From IMG/VR virus record IMGVR_UViG_3300022936_000012, positions 1-43,621 of that record: DNA of 43,621 nucleotides; one strand, written 5' to 3'. Positions 8,808-17,661 of this stretch are shown one piece after another; within the stretch, counting starts at the first letter, position 1, and every line of letters starts with the position of its first letter. A program made the translations under genes and the position numbers. The notes under the pieces were generated by a model. That model was not told the DNA's origin. It searched no databases and worked only from the letters and a program-made list of their open reading frames with translations. The stretch is from a virus (taxonomy: Duplodnaviria > Caudoviricetes).

Positions 8808-9163
8808 CGCGCTCTCACGCCGTCAACGCGGCCATTCTTGATCGTCACTACGAATCGACCCGCACTTGGCCCTCCGTAGCCGTTAATCCCGCGAGCCTGG
8901 ATTTCCATGCTCCACCATCCGATTTTGTGACCGCCGCTCATGGTTGTCTTTAGCTCCGGCATCGTCCATGACTCGATCACAATTGAATCAGGATCGCGCA
9001 TCTGCGACCGAAACGCCGCTTCGATGTGATACGGTAGTGATGTCGCTGTCACCTCGGGCTTGATTCCGGCATCGCCATAGATGCGAGCTTGTAGCGCCTT
9101 CTCAACGATGGATTGAGCAAGTGAGTTGCTTGCGAGAAATAGGAGAACAAGAAGTATTTTCAT
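8804..9163 (-). CDS. Secreted/periplasmic moron protein
   Basis: Signal peptide MKILLVLLFLASNSLA; RDPDS...ARGINGYGG motif; opposite strand inside the head operon. Confidence 0.75.
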   Translation of the reverse strand: MKILLVLLFLASNSLAQSIVEKALQARIYGDAGIKPEVTATSLPYHIEAAFRSQMRDPDSIVIESWTMPELKTTMSGGHKIGWWSMEIQARGINGYGGPSAGRFVVTIKNGRVDGVRAR

Positions 9164-9206
9164 ATGCGGCGAAAATACCACGTCGCGAAGTGGACGCAAT
9201 GAAATC

Positions 9207-9335
9207 TGAATTGAGGGGCCGGTTAATTACTCCGGTAGGAAGTTGCGCCCTCCCTATTCAATGGCTCGTGTGGCGAGTTTATGCGCACTTAACGCCCGCC
9301 TCTGTTCTAACTGCCAGCCAATTCCCCTCAATTCA
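9207..9335 (-). ncRNA. Candidate structured RNA: four-way junction with complementary loops
   Basis: 12-bp perfect closing stem TGAATTGAGGGG/CCCCTCAATTCA; three internal arms; two G-U wobbles favour the minus strand; loops UGCGC/GCGCA complementary. Confidence 0.6.
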
Positions 9336-9860
9336 AACTTCAAAAGAATTGTAATCCCTGAGACTCCGCACCGCAAGGCGTATCGCTCGGCTTCGCTCGC
9401 TCTCTTGCCCCCACGCTCCGCACCGTCCTTCCGAGATAATAGTTAAAAGGAAGAGAGAACGATAAAGAGAAAAAGCCTACAAAAAGAGAAAACAGAAGAG
9501 AGAAGTAAAACTTCAATCTACCGCACGGATAGACTGATTGTTTTACCACTCGCGCAAACGGGAAGTCTTTTGTCCTCGCTCGTTTGTGACCGCAGCATCC
9601 GCTTCACGGGAGCCGCGTAAGTTTCGGCTGCTATGTCCCTATCCGTTTCGGGATTCCAAGCCATGCGGACAAAGAAATGCCGCCTAGGGTAAGAAACAGA
9701 CAACAGATGCGATGCATATGGTCTGCCGAGCACGATGGCCCGCCTAGGCGGCTAGTCGGTGTGACAATATATATTTTTCGCATGTGGTCAATCAGTTCTT
9801 ACGCTGACTTGGAATGGAGCGAGTCAATCAGACCGCAATCGACTTGTCTATCAAAAACAA

Positions 9861-9924
9861 GAATGAGAAAACAAAATTGAGAATGAGAAAGATTTTTCTT
9901 GTTTATGAGAATGGACTGTGAGAA
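9861..9924 (+). promoter_or_regulatory. AATRAGAA direct-repeat array upstream of the capsid operon
   Basis: AATGAGAA at 9862 and 9882, TATGAGAA at 9904, TGAGAA at 9919; same motif at 17181-17231 and 43365-43396. Confidence 0.65.
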
Positions 9925-9933
9925 AAGCGCGAT

Positions 9934-10845
9934 GTGCCACGAGCAATTCTCAAATCCCAAAGCCTAGCAAACTCGGCTATTGATGAAGCTACGGGCGTAA
10001 TCACCGGCTGTAAATTGATGCAGGTCGGTAAGACGGCACACTTCAAGCGGGGCGATGGACAGCCCGATTCTTTCGAGGTTACGGCGGAACTTATTCAAGG
10101 ACTTTTGGCACACGCTGGCAACCGATCCATTCCGGCGCACTGGTCGCATGATTGGCATGGCGACTCTAAGGATGCGCTTCATGCTCGTCTCGGCGTTCAT
10201 AAGAATATCCGCATTGACGAAGATGGCGACCTCGCAAGCGACTTGCATACGATGCCGAATGAATACGGAAGGCTGGCGATGTGGACGGCAAAGACCGATC
10301 CGGCTAGCGCGGCTTTCTCTGCTGTATTCCAATACAATCCAATCAAGGACGGTTCCCGCAAGCTCGCGGTTCCGCTTTCGTTTGATGCGGCTGATCTTGT
10401 TGCTTCCGCTGCCGCGTGTTCCGCGATGCTTTCCCAAATCCAACCCGATACCGACATGACCAAAGAAGAGATTCAATCCATCGTCAAAGAGAGCATCACC
10501 GCTGCCCTTGCTGACTTCAAACCCGCCGTTCCGGCTTCCATCACTAAGGACGAAGTTAGCGCGATTGTGACCGCCGCTCTTGCAGCGCATAAGGTCGTAA
10601 TTCCCGACGACGAAAAGAAAAGCATCGCCCTTCTCGCTAAGGCCGAACTTGCCACACAGATCGGACAGGTAGGACTTGTGCAAGCTATCGGTGGAAACCA
10701 AGTCACCGAACACGCCTTCCTTGGCAAAGTTGCCGCGCACAAGGCGACTGGCGCAACGCAGGATGTCGCCTTCCTCCGCGCCCAGAAAGATCACCCTGAG
10801 CTTTACAACGAATACATGAAGGCTCGCAACGTTTTCAAATCCTAA
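9934..10845 (+). CDS. Prohead protease fused to scaffold
   Basis: H...FSAVF...DAADLVASAAA assemblin-like motifs, helical C-terminal half; sits between portal and capsid genes. Confidence 0.8.
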   Translation: MPRAILKSQSLANSAIDEATGVITGCKLMQVGKTAHFKRGDGQPDSFEVTAELIQGLLAHAGNRSIPAHWSHDWHGDSKDALHARLGVHKNIRIDEDGDLASDLHTMPNEYGRLAMWTAKTDPASAAFSAVFQYNPIKDGSRKLAVPLSFDAADLVASAAACSAMLSQIQPDTDMTKEEIQSIVKESITAALADFKPAVPASITKDEVSAIVTAALAAHKVVIPDDEKKSIALLAKAELATQIGQVGLVQAIGGNQVTEHAFLGKVAAHKATGATQDVAFLRAQKDHPELYNEYMKARNVFKS

Positions 10846-10857
10846 CCTACTACGACA

Positions 10858-11244
10858 ATGGCCGAACTCTGCACAACTATTGGTGACTTCGCGATTAGCT
10901 TTACGGCTACTTCCGGCGTTACTCCCTCGCGTGGCGCACGTCTTTTGATTGCGTCCGATGGCACTTACGGACTCGCTGGCATCGGTGATGTTGGCCAGGG
11001 GTTCGCTCAATATACTGTTTCCGCATCCGGCGGCAGCGGCACCTACAAGCCGTGGAACGGCCAGGGCACTCAGGTTGGCATCGCTTCCGAAGCAATCGCT
11101 GTCGGTGACGATGTTTACACCGCCGCTAACGGCAAGTGCTCCACGACTGCGACCAATGCCCTCTGGCTCGGACGCGCCAAGCAAGCCGCAACCGGCGACG
11201 GTGTTCTGTTTGAGATCATCGTGAGCAGCCCTGCTTCCATCTAA
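10858..11244 (+). CDS. Capsid decoration/cement protein (DUF2190-like)
   Basis: ASEAIAVGDDVYTAANGK...LGRAKQAATGDG; Gly/Ala-rich; directly before the major capsid gene. Confidence 0.75.
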   Translation: MAELCTTIGDFAISFTATSGVTPSRGARLLIASDGTYGLAGIGDVGQGFAQYTVSASGGSGTYKPWNGQGTQVGIASEAIAVGDDVYTAANGKCSTTATNALWLGRAKQAATGDGVLFEIIVSSPASI

Positions 11245-11268
11245 GTCCTGATTTAACCAAATCCCAAC

Positions 11269-12300
11269 ATGCCCGCATACGCCAACTCATCCGCCCTTCC
11301 GCGCAACGAAATCGTCGGCGCAATCGTTCAGGGTTCCTCGCTCAATGCGGGTAACATCTGGAATCAGGTATTGCCTCCCTACGGTGTCAATCGTCGCACG
11401 TCTCACATTCTGAAAGCGACCGTCCAAGGCGCTCAGATTGGCCGCATCCTGACTGACAAATACATCACTCAGCCCGGTGCGAATATCGAGCGCATGAACC
11501 TGACCATCGGTGACGACACGTTTACTGTCGTTATCCGTAAGCGTGAAGTGAAGATTCCCGATGAAGTCGAAATGGACTTCGCTGGATACTTCTCTATCGA
11601 AGCTCTCGCTTCCCGCACTGGCGCGATGAACCTCGACATGACCAACGAATACCTCGTTGCTAATGCGATCTTCAACACGACAAACTTCGGCGCGGCCACT
11701 AACTCGACGGTCGCTTACACCGCCGCGAACCTCGCGACATCCAATCCTATTCTGGATATCTTTGCCTCGATTGAGCGCGTTCGCGACAAAGGCGAGCAGC
11801 CGAATACGATCATCATTCCGACGCTCGTTTGGCAGCGCATCCGGCAGATGACCCTCATCAAGAGCGCGGTTGTTAGCGTCAATGGTTTCTCGCCTGTTCA
11901 GACTGGAGCAGTTACCACGGATTCGCTTCTGGCTGTGTTTGCTCCAGAAGGCATCACTAAGATCCTCATCGGTCGCAGCCGTTACAATACTGGCGTCGAT
12001 GGTGGAACTCCGAGCTACACGAAGATGTGGGCGAATACCTACATCTGGGTTGGTCGCACTGGTCCGAGCTTTATCGGTGGCGCTCAGGAAGGTGCTCAGG
12101 AAAACTTCCCTGGCCTGTCCACGGTGGACGGCGCTGGCGCTATGGTATTCTGGGAGAACTACACCCCAAACAGCGGCTGGGCTGTGGAAACCTACCGCGA
12201 TGAAACGGTGGAATCGAACATCGTCCGCACTAAGACTAGCGCGAATCCCTACATCGCCAACGGAAATGCTGGTGATTTGATCGCCACGCAATACAGCTAA
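11269..12300 (+). CDS. Major capsid protein (HK97 fold, lambda gpE-like)
   Basis: 343 aa; EYLVANAIF, NPILDI, PNTIII motifs; strong codon bias; position. Confidence 0.85.
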   Translation: MPAYANSSALPRNEIVGAIVQGSSLNAGNIWNQVLPPYGVNRRTSHILKATVQGAQIGRILTDKYITQPGANIERMNLTIGDDTFTVVIRKREVKIPDEVEMDFAGYFSIEALASRTGAMNLDMTNEYLVANAIFNTTNFGAATNSTVAYTAANLATSNPILDIFASIERVRDKGEQPNTIIIPTLVWQRIRQMTLIKSAVVSVNGFSPVQTGAVTTDSLLAVFAPEGITKILIGRSRYNTGVDGGTPSYTKMWANTYIWVGRTGPSFIGGAQEGAQENFPGLSTVDGAGAMVFWENYTPNSGWAVETYRDETVESNIVRTKTSANPYIANGNAGDLIATQYS

Positions 12301-12327
12301 ATTGAACTTCAGTAACGATCTACTCGT

Positions 12328-12612
12328 ATGAATAAAGATAAAGCTACATCCGAAGCTCACGCTAAGACCGGACACGACGAGCCAGTTACTCGCTCACTCC
12401 CGTTGACTCCATCCACGAAAAACGAACCCGCGTTGGTCATGCCAAAGCCGGAAGATTACAAGGGTTCGTATACTCAGAATGGCACCGGGGAGGAATTTGG
12501 ACTGGCGGTTGTCGAGTCCGATCCTCTCGGCAAGACGCACAAACTGCGCAACGACGAACACTTCTGGGAAGGCACCAAGGATGAGTTCAAAGCGCAATTT
12601 GAGAAGAAGTAA
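12328..12612 (+). CDS. Hypothetical head-associated protein
   Basis: ORF after capsid gene and before terminator. Confidence 0.7.
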   Translation: MNKDKATSEAHAKTGHDEPVTRSLPLTPSTKNEPALVMPKPEDYKGSYTQNGTGEEFGLAVVESDPLGKTHKLRNDEHFWEGTKDEFKAQFEKK

Positions 12613-12632
12613 CCTTTAGGTAAATAAGAGTC

Positions 12633-12671
12633 CGAAAGCCGCCAAGTGACTTGTTTCCTTGGCGGCTTTCG
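12633..12671 (+). terminator. Hairpin terminator after the head operon
   Basis: 14-bp perfect stem CGAAAGCCGCCAAG/CTTGGCGGCTTTCG with an 11-nt loop. Confidence 0.7.
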
Positions 12672-12687
12672 TGTGTAATAACTCGCA

Positions 12688-13422
12688 ATGGCAGCACGAT
12701 TTCTAGTCACAGGCGGAAATGGTAACTGGACGAGCACGACGAACTGGTCTGCCACTTCTGGCGGATCAAGCGGGGCGAGCGCCCCAACATCTGCCGACGA
12801 TGTAACCCTTGACTCCAATAGTGGATCACAGGGCATCACCACAGATACCTCGGCGCGGGCGTGCCTATCTCTCAACGTCACGAGCGGATACACTGGCACG
12901 CTGACCATGACCAACCAGTTGACGGTTGGAGGTTCATGCACCCTCGGCGCAAACATGACTATAGCGGGGTCTGGATTGCTGATAACGAACGGAGGGGGAA
13001 CGCTAACCAGCAACGGGAAGGTGTGGCCAAACGCGATGAGCGTGCTTTCGTCTAATACATTCACGGTCGCAGATGCGTGGACAGTCAACGGATTACTGAC
13101 CATCGGAAATACCTCGTCTGTAATTGTGATGAACGGATCTCAATTCACCGCGATGGCTGGCATGACAATCGGCATCACTTCGGGCAACATTTCCGGCACT
13201 ACCATCTTGATTATTGGCGCTACCGGAACCGTCCAGGCCGCGAGTAACGGACGAATGATCCTGCCATTTCGTATTAACGCCACAGGCGGAACCGTAACGA
13301 TCAACAGCGTGTTTATCGCGGATCTCGCCAAATTCACTTACACCGCAGGAACCGTCGTTACGGATACGACATGGAGCGGCGGTGGAAGCTCTAGCGGTAT
13401 GTCTCGTTCCAGAACCGTCTAA
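12688..13422 (+). CDS. Gly/Thr-rich beta-solenoid virion fibre/adhesin
   Basis: GNWTSTTNWSATSGGSSGASAPTSADDVTLD start and repetitive GTLT/TLTS strands. Confidence 0.7.
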   Translation: MAARFLVTGGNGNWTSTTNWSATSGGSSGASAPTSADDVTLDSNSGSQGITTDTSARACLSLNVTSGYTGTLTMTNQLTVGGSCTLGANMTIAGSGLLITNGGGTLTSNGKVWPNAMSVLSSNTFTVADAWTVNGLLTIGNTSSVIVMNGSQFTAMAGMTIGITSGNISGTTILIIGATGTVQAASNGRMILPFRINATGGTVTINSVFIADLAKFTYTAGTVVTDTTWSGGGSSSGMSRSRTV

Positions 13423-13425
13423 TTT

Positions 13426-14583
13426 ATGCGCATCCTCAAGCAATCATCCACAGCGCAACCTCTCGTCTTTCTGATGGTGCTCGCAAGCGACCATATCACG
13501 GGCGCAACTGGATTGTCTCCGACTGTGACACTGAGTAAGAACGGCGGCTCTTTCGCGTCTCCCTCCGGCGCTGTCACAGAGATTGCAAACGGCTGGTATG
13601 CTGTGGCTGGCAACGCGAGCGATACGAATACGCTCGGCCCTCTGATTCTTCACGCGACCGCAGGCACCGCAGACCCCTGCGACGTTCAACATGAAATTGT
13701 CGCCTACGATATGCAGGATGCGGTTCGCCTCGGACTCACGGCCATTCCAAACGCTGCCGCAAACGCCAACGGCGGATTGCCGATTCTGAGCAGTTCCGGC
13801 ACGACGCTCGCTTATACCGTCTCGACCCTCACGACCTATACCGGCAACACTCCGCAGACGGGCGATGCTTACGCCAGGATTGGCGCTACGGGGTCGGCGC
13901 TCACTTCCTTGGCTCCGAGTGCCACGGCGCTTTCTACGGCAGTCTGGACGGCACCGCCGACCGGCTTCCTTGCGGCTACATTCCCCGCTACGGTTGCCAG
14001 CCCCACGAACATCACCGCAGGCACGATTACGACCGTTACAAACCTGACAAACGCCCCAAGCGCGGGAGACTTCACCGCGACGATGAAAACGAGCATCGGC
14101 ACTGCTGTTGCTGCGTCTGCCGTGGCGAGTGTCACCGCGCCTGTGACTATCGGAACCAATAACGACAAGACCGGATACGCCATTACCGGAACCACTACGA
14201 CATTTGATGCGCTACAGACCGCGCTCAACTCGGCACACGGCGCTGGTTCATGGGCGACCGCGACGAGCGTTACCGTCAGCGACAAGACCGGCTTCAGTCT
14301 CGCCACTGGAAGTATCGCATCTTCCACGTTTGCGGCAGGCGCAACGATCCCTCGTGTGACCCTCGCGGATACTGTGACGACCGTCACCGGATTAACCGCA
14401 AGTAACTTGGACGCGACAATCTCCAGCCGCGCCAGCGCAACCAATCTTGCGACCGCGAACACCGCGCTCGTGAAGATCCAAGCGGCAACCTACGACTCCG
14501 CGTCCTTGGTCGGAAGCACGATGACGCTTTCCGATGGGGTAACACAGGAAGTCACGTCAACCGGAAGAGTCACGACGCCATGA
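13426..14583 (+). CDS. Ala/Thr-rich head fibre or neck whisker
   Basis: Ig-like N-terminus (EIANGWYAV), internal repeats NDKTGYAI/SDKTGFSL, LDATISSRAS. Confidence 0.65.
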   Translation: MRILKQSSTAQPLVFLMVLASDHITGATGLSPTVTLSKNGGSFASPSGAVTEIANGWYAVAGNASDTNTLGPLILHATAGTADPCDVQHEIVAYDMQDAVRLGLTAIPNAAANANGGLPILSSSGTTLAYTVSTLTTYTGNTPQTGDAYARIGATGSALTSLAPSATALSTAVWTAPPTGFLAATFPATVASPTNITAGTITTVTNLTNAPSAGDFTATMKTSIGTAVAASAVASVTAPVTIGTNNDKTGYAITGTTTTFDALQTALNSAHGAGSWATATSVTVSDKTGFSLATGSIASSTFAAGATIPRVTLADTVTTVTGLTASNLDATISSRASATNLATANTALVKIQAATYDSASLVGSTMTLSDGVTQEVTSTGRVTTP

Positions 14584-15152
14584 GTAACGCTCAAGCCGTA
14601 GCCGCATTATCGCATGGTCTAATCGTCTCTGGTGGCGGCGGTTCATTTCCATCGCCCTATGATGTCCGTCTAAATGTCGATAACGGCGAAGGCGAACTAG
14701 GCACGCTTACCAGTCCCGCAGTCGGCAACGTGCGCTCGGGCGTGCAATACGGCGGCGACGGCAACCAATACACCGGCACGCTTTACGTTCCCTCGTCGTC
14801 GGGTGGGAATACGTGGACGGAAGAGATGGAAGAACTCTGGCACTACGAAGTGCAGGAATCCGAGTTCTACGCTCAGTATTCGTTCAACGCGGGAACCTAC
14901 GATTGCATCAAGACTCCGGTGCAGAAGCGTTTCAACATGACGCAGAACGCATATGGAGACATAGCCGATGCGATTATCGACACGCTTCGCTCCGATTGCG
15001 TTGCGAGCGGACTGTATGCCGTCATGCAGGGCAATCCGCAGACCAAGCGCCCTATTGTCACGATCAATAATATCACGTATGATGTTTTGCGAATCGAGAC
15101 GGACGACGCGACACAACCAAGCATCCGGCTCTTTATCGGAAAGCATCAGTAA
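14580..15152 (+). CDS. Head-tail joining (gpFII-like) protein with N-terminal fibre-attachment repeats
   Basis: PYDVRLNV / GNVRSGVQYG..YTGTL repeats; C-terminal VTINNITYDVLRIE. Confidence 0.55.
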   Translation: MSNAQAVAALSHGLIVSGGGGSFPSPYDVRLNVDNGEGELGTLTSPAVGNVRSGVQYGGDGNQYTGTLYVPSSSGGNTWTEEMEELWHYEVQESEFYAQYSFNAGTYDCIKTPVQKRFNMTQNAYGDIADAIIDTLRSDCVASGLYAVMQGNPQTKRPIVTINNITYDVLRIETDDATQPSIRLFIGKHQ

Positions 15153-15155
15153 CCT

Positions 15156-15893
15156 ATGGCGACAGGATTGAGACTCGATACCGCCATCGGCACACTCCGA
15201 AAGCGTCTCGGCAATCTCAAGCAATCTTGTCAGGCGAGCGAGTTCCGTTCCGAGCTTGAGCGATTCGCCCGCGACACGCTCAAGGATTGCATCGCGGCAA
15301 CGCCAGTGCGCAATGAAGCGTTGATCGTCGCTAATCAGCGGAAGCAGTATCGCAAGCGAGTTGATTTTATCCCATCGGCGCATGAATTGATCGATCCGTC
15401 TTTGCGCGTGAATGAGAACGGCGAACCGTGGATTTACACGCAAGGCAAATGGTATAACGGCAACTGGCATTTGCCGGATGAAGTGTTCGCGGCTTTCGCG
15501 ATGCTAGACCAAGAACGCCAGCGCCGGATGGCGACCATTGAAGCGACGTTCATCAACGAGCGGAAACAGGCGCGGTTTCTGTATCAGCGTTCATGGTGGC
15601 AGGTTGCCAACTCGCTTGGGCTATCGTTGAGTGTATCGGCGGCGATTATCTCCAGTCACTCGCGGCACAATCCGAAGAAAGAACCAACGAAGGCATACGG
15701 GCAATGGCGCGGAGGGATGCGCGTGCTTTCGGTGGTGATCGTGAATACGTTTCTCGACGTTGCAGGCAAGTATTGGAAGGGCAACGGCAAAGCTATTCTC
15801 AAGCAGGCAACGGCAAAGAATTATCCTAGCTTTATCAAGCGCGTGAATGATAAGGTGAAACGCAAGATTTCCCTCGCTCGTCAATCCGCATAA
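15156..15893 (+). CDS. Neck/tail completion protein (HK97 gp10-like)
   Basis: Basic protein with AATPV motif; position. Confidence 0.5.
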   Translation: MATGLRLDTAIGTLRKRLGNLKQSCQASEFRSELERFARDTLKDCIAATPVRNEALIVANQRKQYRKRVDFIPSAHELIDPSLRVNENGEPWIYTQGKWYNGNWHLPDEVFAAFAMLDQERQRRMATIEATFINERKQARFLYQRSWWQVANSLGLSLSVSAAIISSHSRHNPKKEPTKAYGQWRGGMRVLSVVIVNTFLDVAGKYWKGNGKAILKQATAKNYPSFIKRVNDKVKRKISLARQSA

Positions 15894-15902
15894 CTACCAT
15901 CT

Positions 15903-16280
15903 ATGGCATCTCAAGAACTGGAACAATTGCCCGCCGCCGTCTCACTTGCTGACGGTGACTTGTTTTATCTCGTTCGGAATGGCGTGGATTATTCGGTGAC
16001 GAAGCAAGTATTGGCGGCTGCTTTGGGAGGAGTAACCCAGCAATACGTGGACGATGCAGTTGCGGCAGTTGCTTCAGATGCTCTTTCAGCGCAACTAACC
16101 GCAGACAGCGCGGCTACTGTTGCCGCCGCCGCCGCTTTGGCTGCTTCGGAAGCGCAGCTTTACGCCGAGGGTGTAAACACTGCCAAAATGGACAAAACAG
16201 GCGGTAACGCGGAAATTCCAGGCGGCGTTGGCGCAATGTCTGTTGACTCCGACTTTGTAAAAGTCCTTCCGCCACCATAA
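15903..16280 (+). CDS. Small virion fibre-like protein
   Basis: LEQLPAAVSLADGDLFYLVRNG N-terminus; TQQYVDDAV and Ala-rich coiled coil. Confidence 0.6.
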   Translation: MASQELEQLPAAVSLADGDLFYLVRNGVDYSVTKQVLAAALGGVTQQYVDDAVAAVASDALSAQLTADSAATVAAAAALAASEAQLYAEGVNTAKMDKTGGNAEIPGGVGAMSVDSDFVKVLPPP

Positions 16281-16283
16281 AAT

Positions 16284-16604
16284 ATGAACATCGAAATCCC
16301 TGATTCCGTAATATCGGCGCTGTCTCCTATTATTCGCCCGATCCTAAAAGAGCTTCTGAAAGAAGATTATTCAACCCGTGTTGAGTTGCTGGAGCTTCAG
16401 CAGGAACATGCGATGCTGAAAAGCTACGTTGCAGGACTTCCTGGGCGTGTTGACGAATTGGATCTTGTTCGTCAATCAGACAATGCAAAGTTCATGCTCA
16501 AGGATGGAAGTAACCCTGCGTTTCCTGATTCCGCTCCATCTGGCGGCGGCGCTCTCTATATTGCAGACGGCGCAATCAAGATCGATCCCGTTATCGTTCC
16601 GTAA
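16284..16604 (+). CDS. Coiled-coil hypothetical virion protein
   Basis: ORF in tight series; C-terminal PSGGGALYIADGAIK. Confidence 0.6.
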   Translation: MNIEIPDSVISALSPIIRPILKELLKEDYSTRVELLELQQEHAMLKSYVAGLPGRVDELDLVRQSDNAKFMLKDGSNPAFPDSAPSGGGALYIADGAIKIDPVIVP

Positions 16605-17179
16605 TGCCGCAGAACTTCCTAACGCTAGCGAGCGGAAATGGTAGCCTTTTGCTGGCGAATGGAAGCCCTTTACTACTTGCGTCGTCCACTGAATACGAAG
16701 CATGGATGCTCTACAATCTCGACTCCGTTGAGGGCGAGCTAAAGCGCATCCTGGAAGCGGTAGTCGGGAGCAACGTGCAAGTGCTCAAGAAGCGCGAGAC
16801 GGTGACAGACATTACGCCTCGCGTTGAGCTTGTTCTGACCGCACAGGGCAACAACTCGCAGCGGTGGATTCTGAATCCTGGTCAAGAGAACGCATCGCTC
16901 CAACCGTTTAACGTGTGGAATTATCAGTTGAGCGCAACGATTGTGACGAACCGCGAGACGAATGGAAGTCAACACGCGGAGATTGTCGGCAAGGTGCGCG
17001 GGACGTTGCAGAAGTATAAGCTGAATCTCGTTTGGGATTGGCCGTTGCATACGATCATCGAAATAGTCGGCGCGCCGGATGAGTTGTCGGTGAGTGATGA
17101 AGAGAATTGCGACGAGACGAAGATGAACTTTACGGGGATGCTTTCGATCAAGGATGGTGCTTGGGCGCTGGTTTCTTGA
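16604..17179 (+). CDS. Probable tail terminator protein
   Basis: Alpha/beta protein upstream of the tail tube; positional call. Confidence 0.5.
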   Translation: MPQNFLTLASGNGSLLLANGSPLLLASSTEYEAWMLYNLDSVEGELKRILEAVVGSNVQVLKKRETVTDITPRVELVLTAQGNNSQRWILNPGQENASLQPFNVWNYQLSATIVTNRETNGSQHAEIVGKVRGTLQKYKLNLVWDWPLHTIIEIVGAPDELSVSDEENCDETKMNFTGMLSIKDGAWALVS

Positions 17180-17180
17180 T

Positions 17181-17232
17181 AATGAGAACACTTGGTCAGA
17201 AATAAGAATTGCCAACTCACAGAAATAAGAAT
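17181..17232 (+). promoter_or_regulatory. AATRAGAA direct-repeat array upstream of the tail operon
   Basis: AATGAGAA at 17181, AATAAGAA at 17201 and 17224; CAGAAATAAGAAT repeated exactly at 17197 and 17220; TTGCCA at 17209. Confidence 0.65.
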
Positions 17233-17246
17233 AAAGACTCTCGTAA

Positions 17247-17660
17247 ATGAGCGACATTTCGATCACTCCGGCCTCGGTAATTCCCTCCGCTAACGCGATT
17301 ATCAAAAGCGGCATCGCTGGCGCAACCATCACGCAAGGCCAAACGGTCTATATTGATTCCTCGGCAAACTACGTGCTCAAGCTGGCCGACGCTGATGCCA
17401 GCGCGCTCTCTGCTGTTGTCGCTGGTATCGCCTCGTCTGCCGGTGCTGCTGGTCAGCGAATCAACTACATCGAATCCGACCCCGCTTTGACTTTCGGCGG
17501 AACGGTGCTTTCCGGCGACCCAATTTACCAAAGCGATGTCGCGGGCGGTTTGACTAAGACTTTCGCGGATCTGGAAACCGGCGATATTGTGACCGTGCTC
17601 GGCGTGGCAACCTCGACAACGACTATGAACTTCAAACCCGTTCAAGGAGGCACGATCTAA
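17247..17660 (+). CDS. Second cement/decoration-like virion protein
   Basis: AGATITQGQTVY...LKLADAD...AGIA...AAGQ; Gly/Ala-rich. Confidence 0.6.
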   Translation: MSDISITPASVIPSANAIIKSGIAGATITQGQTVYIDSSANYVLKLADADASALSAVVAGIASSAGAAGQRINYIESDPALTFGGTVLSGDPIYQSDVAGGLTKTFADLETGDIVTVLGVATSTTTMNFKPVQGGTI

Positions 17661-17661
17661 C

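Noticed and set aside
9207-9335. tRNA or tmRNA gene (starts near GGGGCC)
   Set aside because: No D-loop, TTCGA T-loop, 7-nt anticodon arm in the right position or CCA end; too short for tmRNA
9964-12375. Long minus-strand ORFs (406 aa and 362 aa) over protease/capsid genes
   Set aside because: Antisense shadows of strongly codon-biased genes; no motifs or plausible starts
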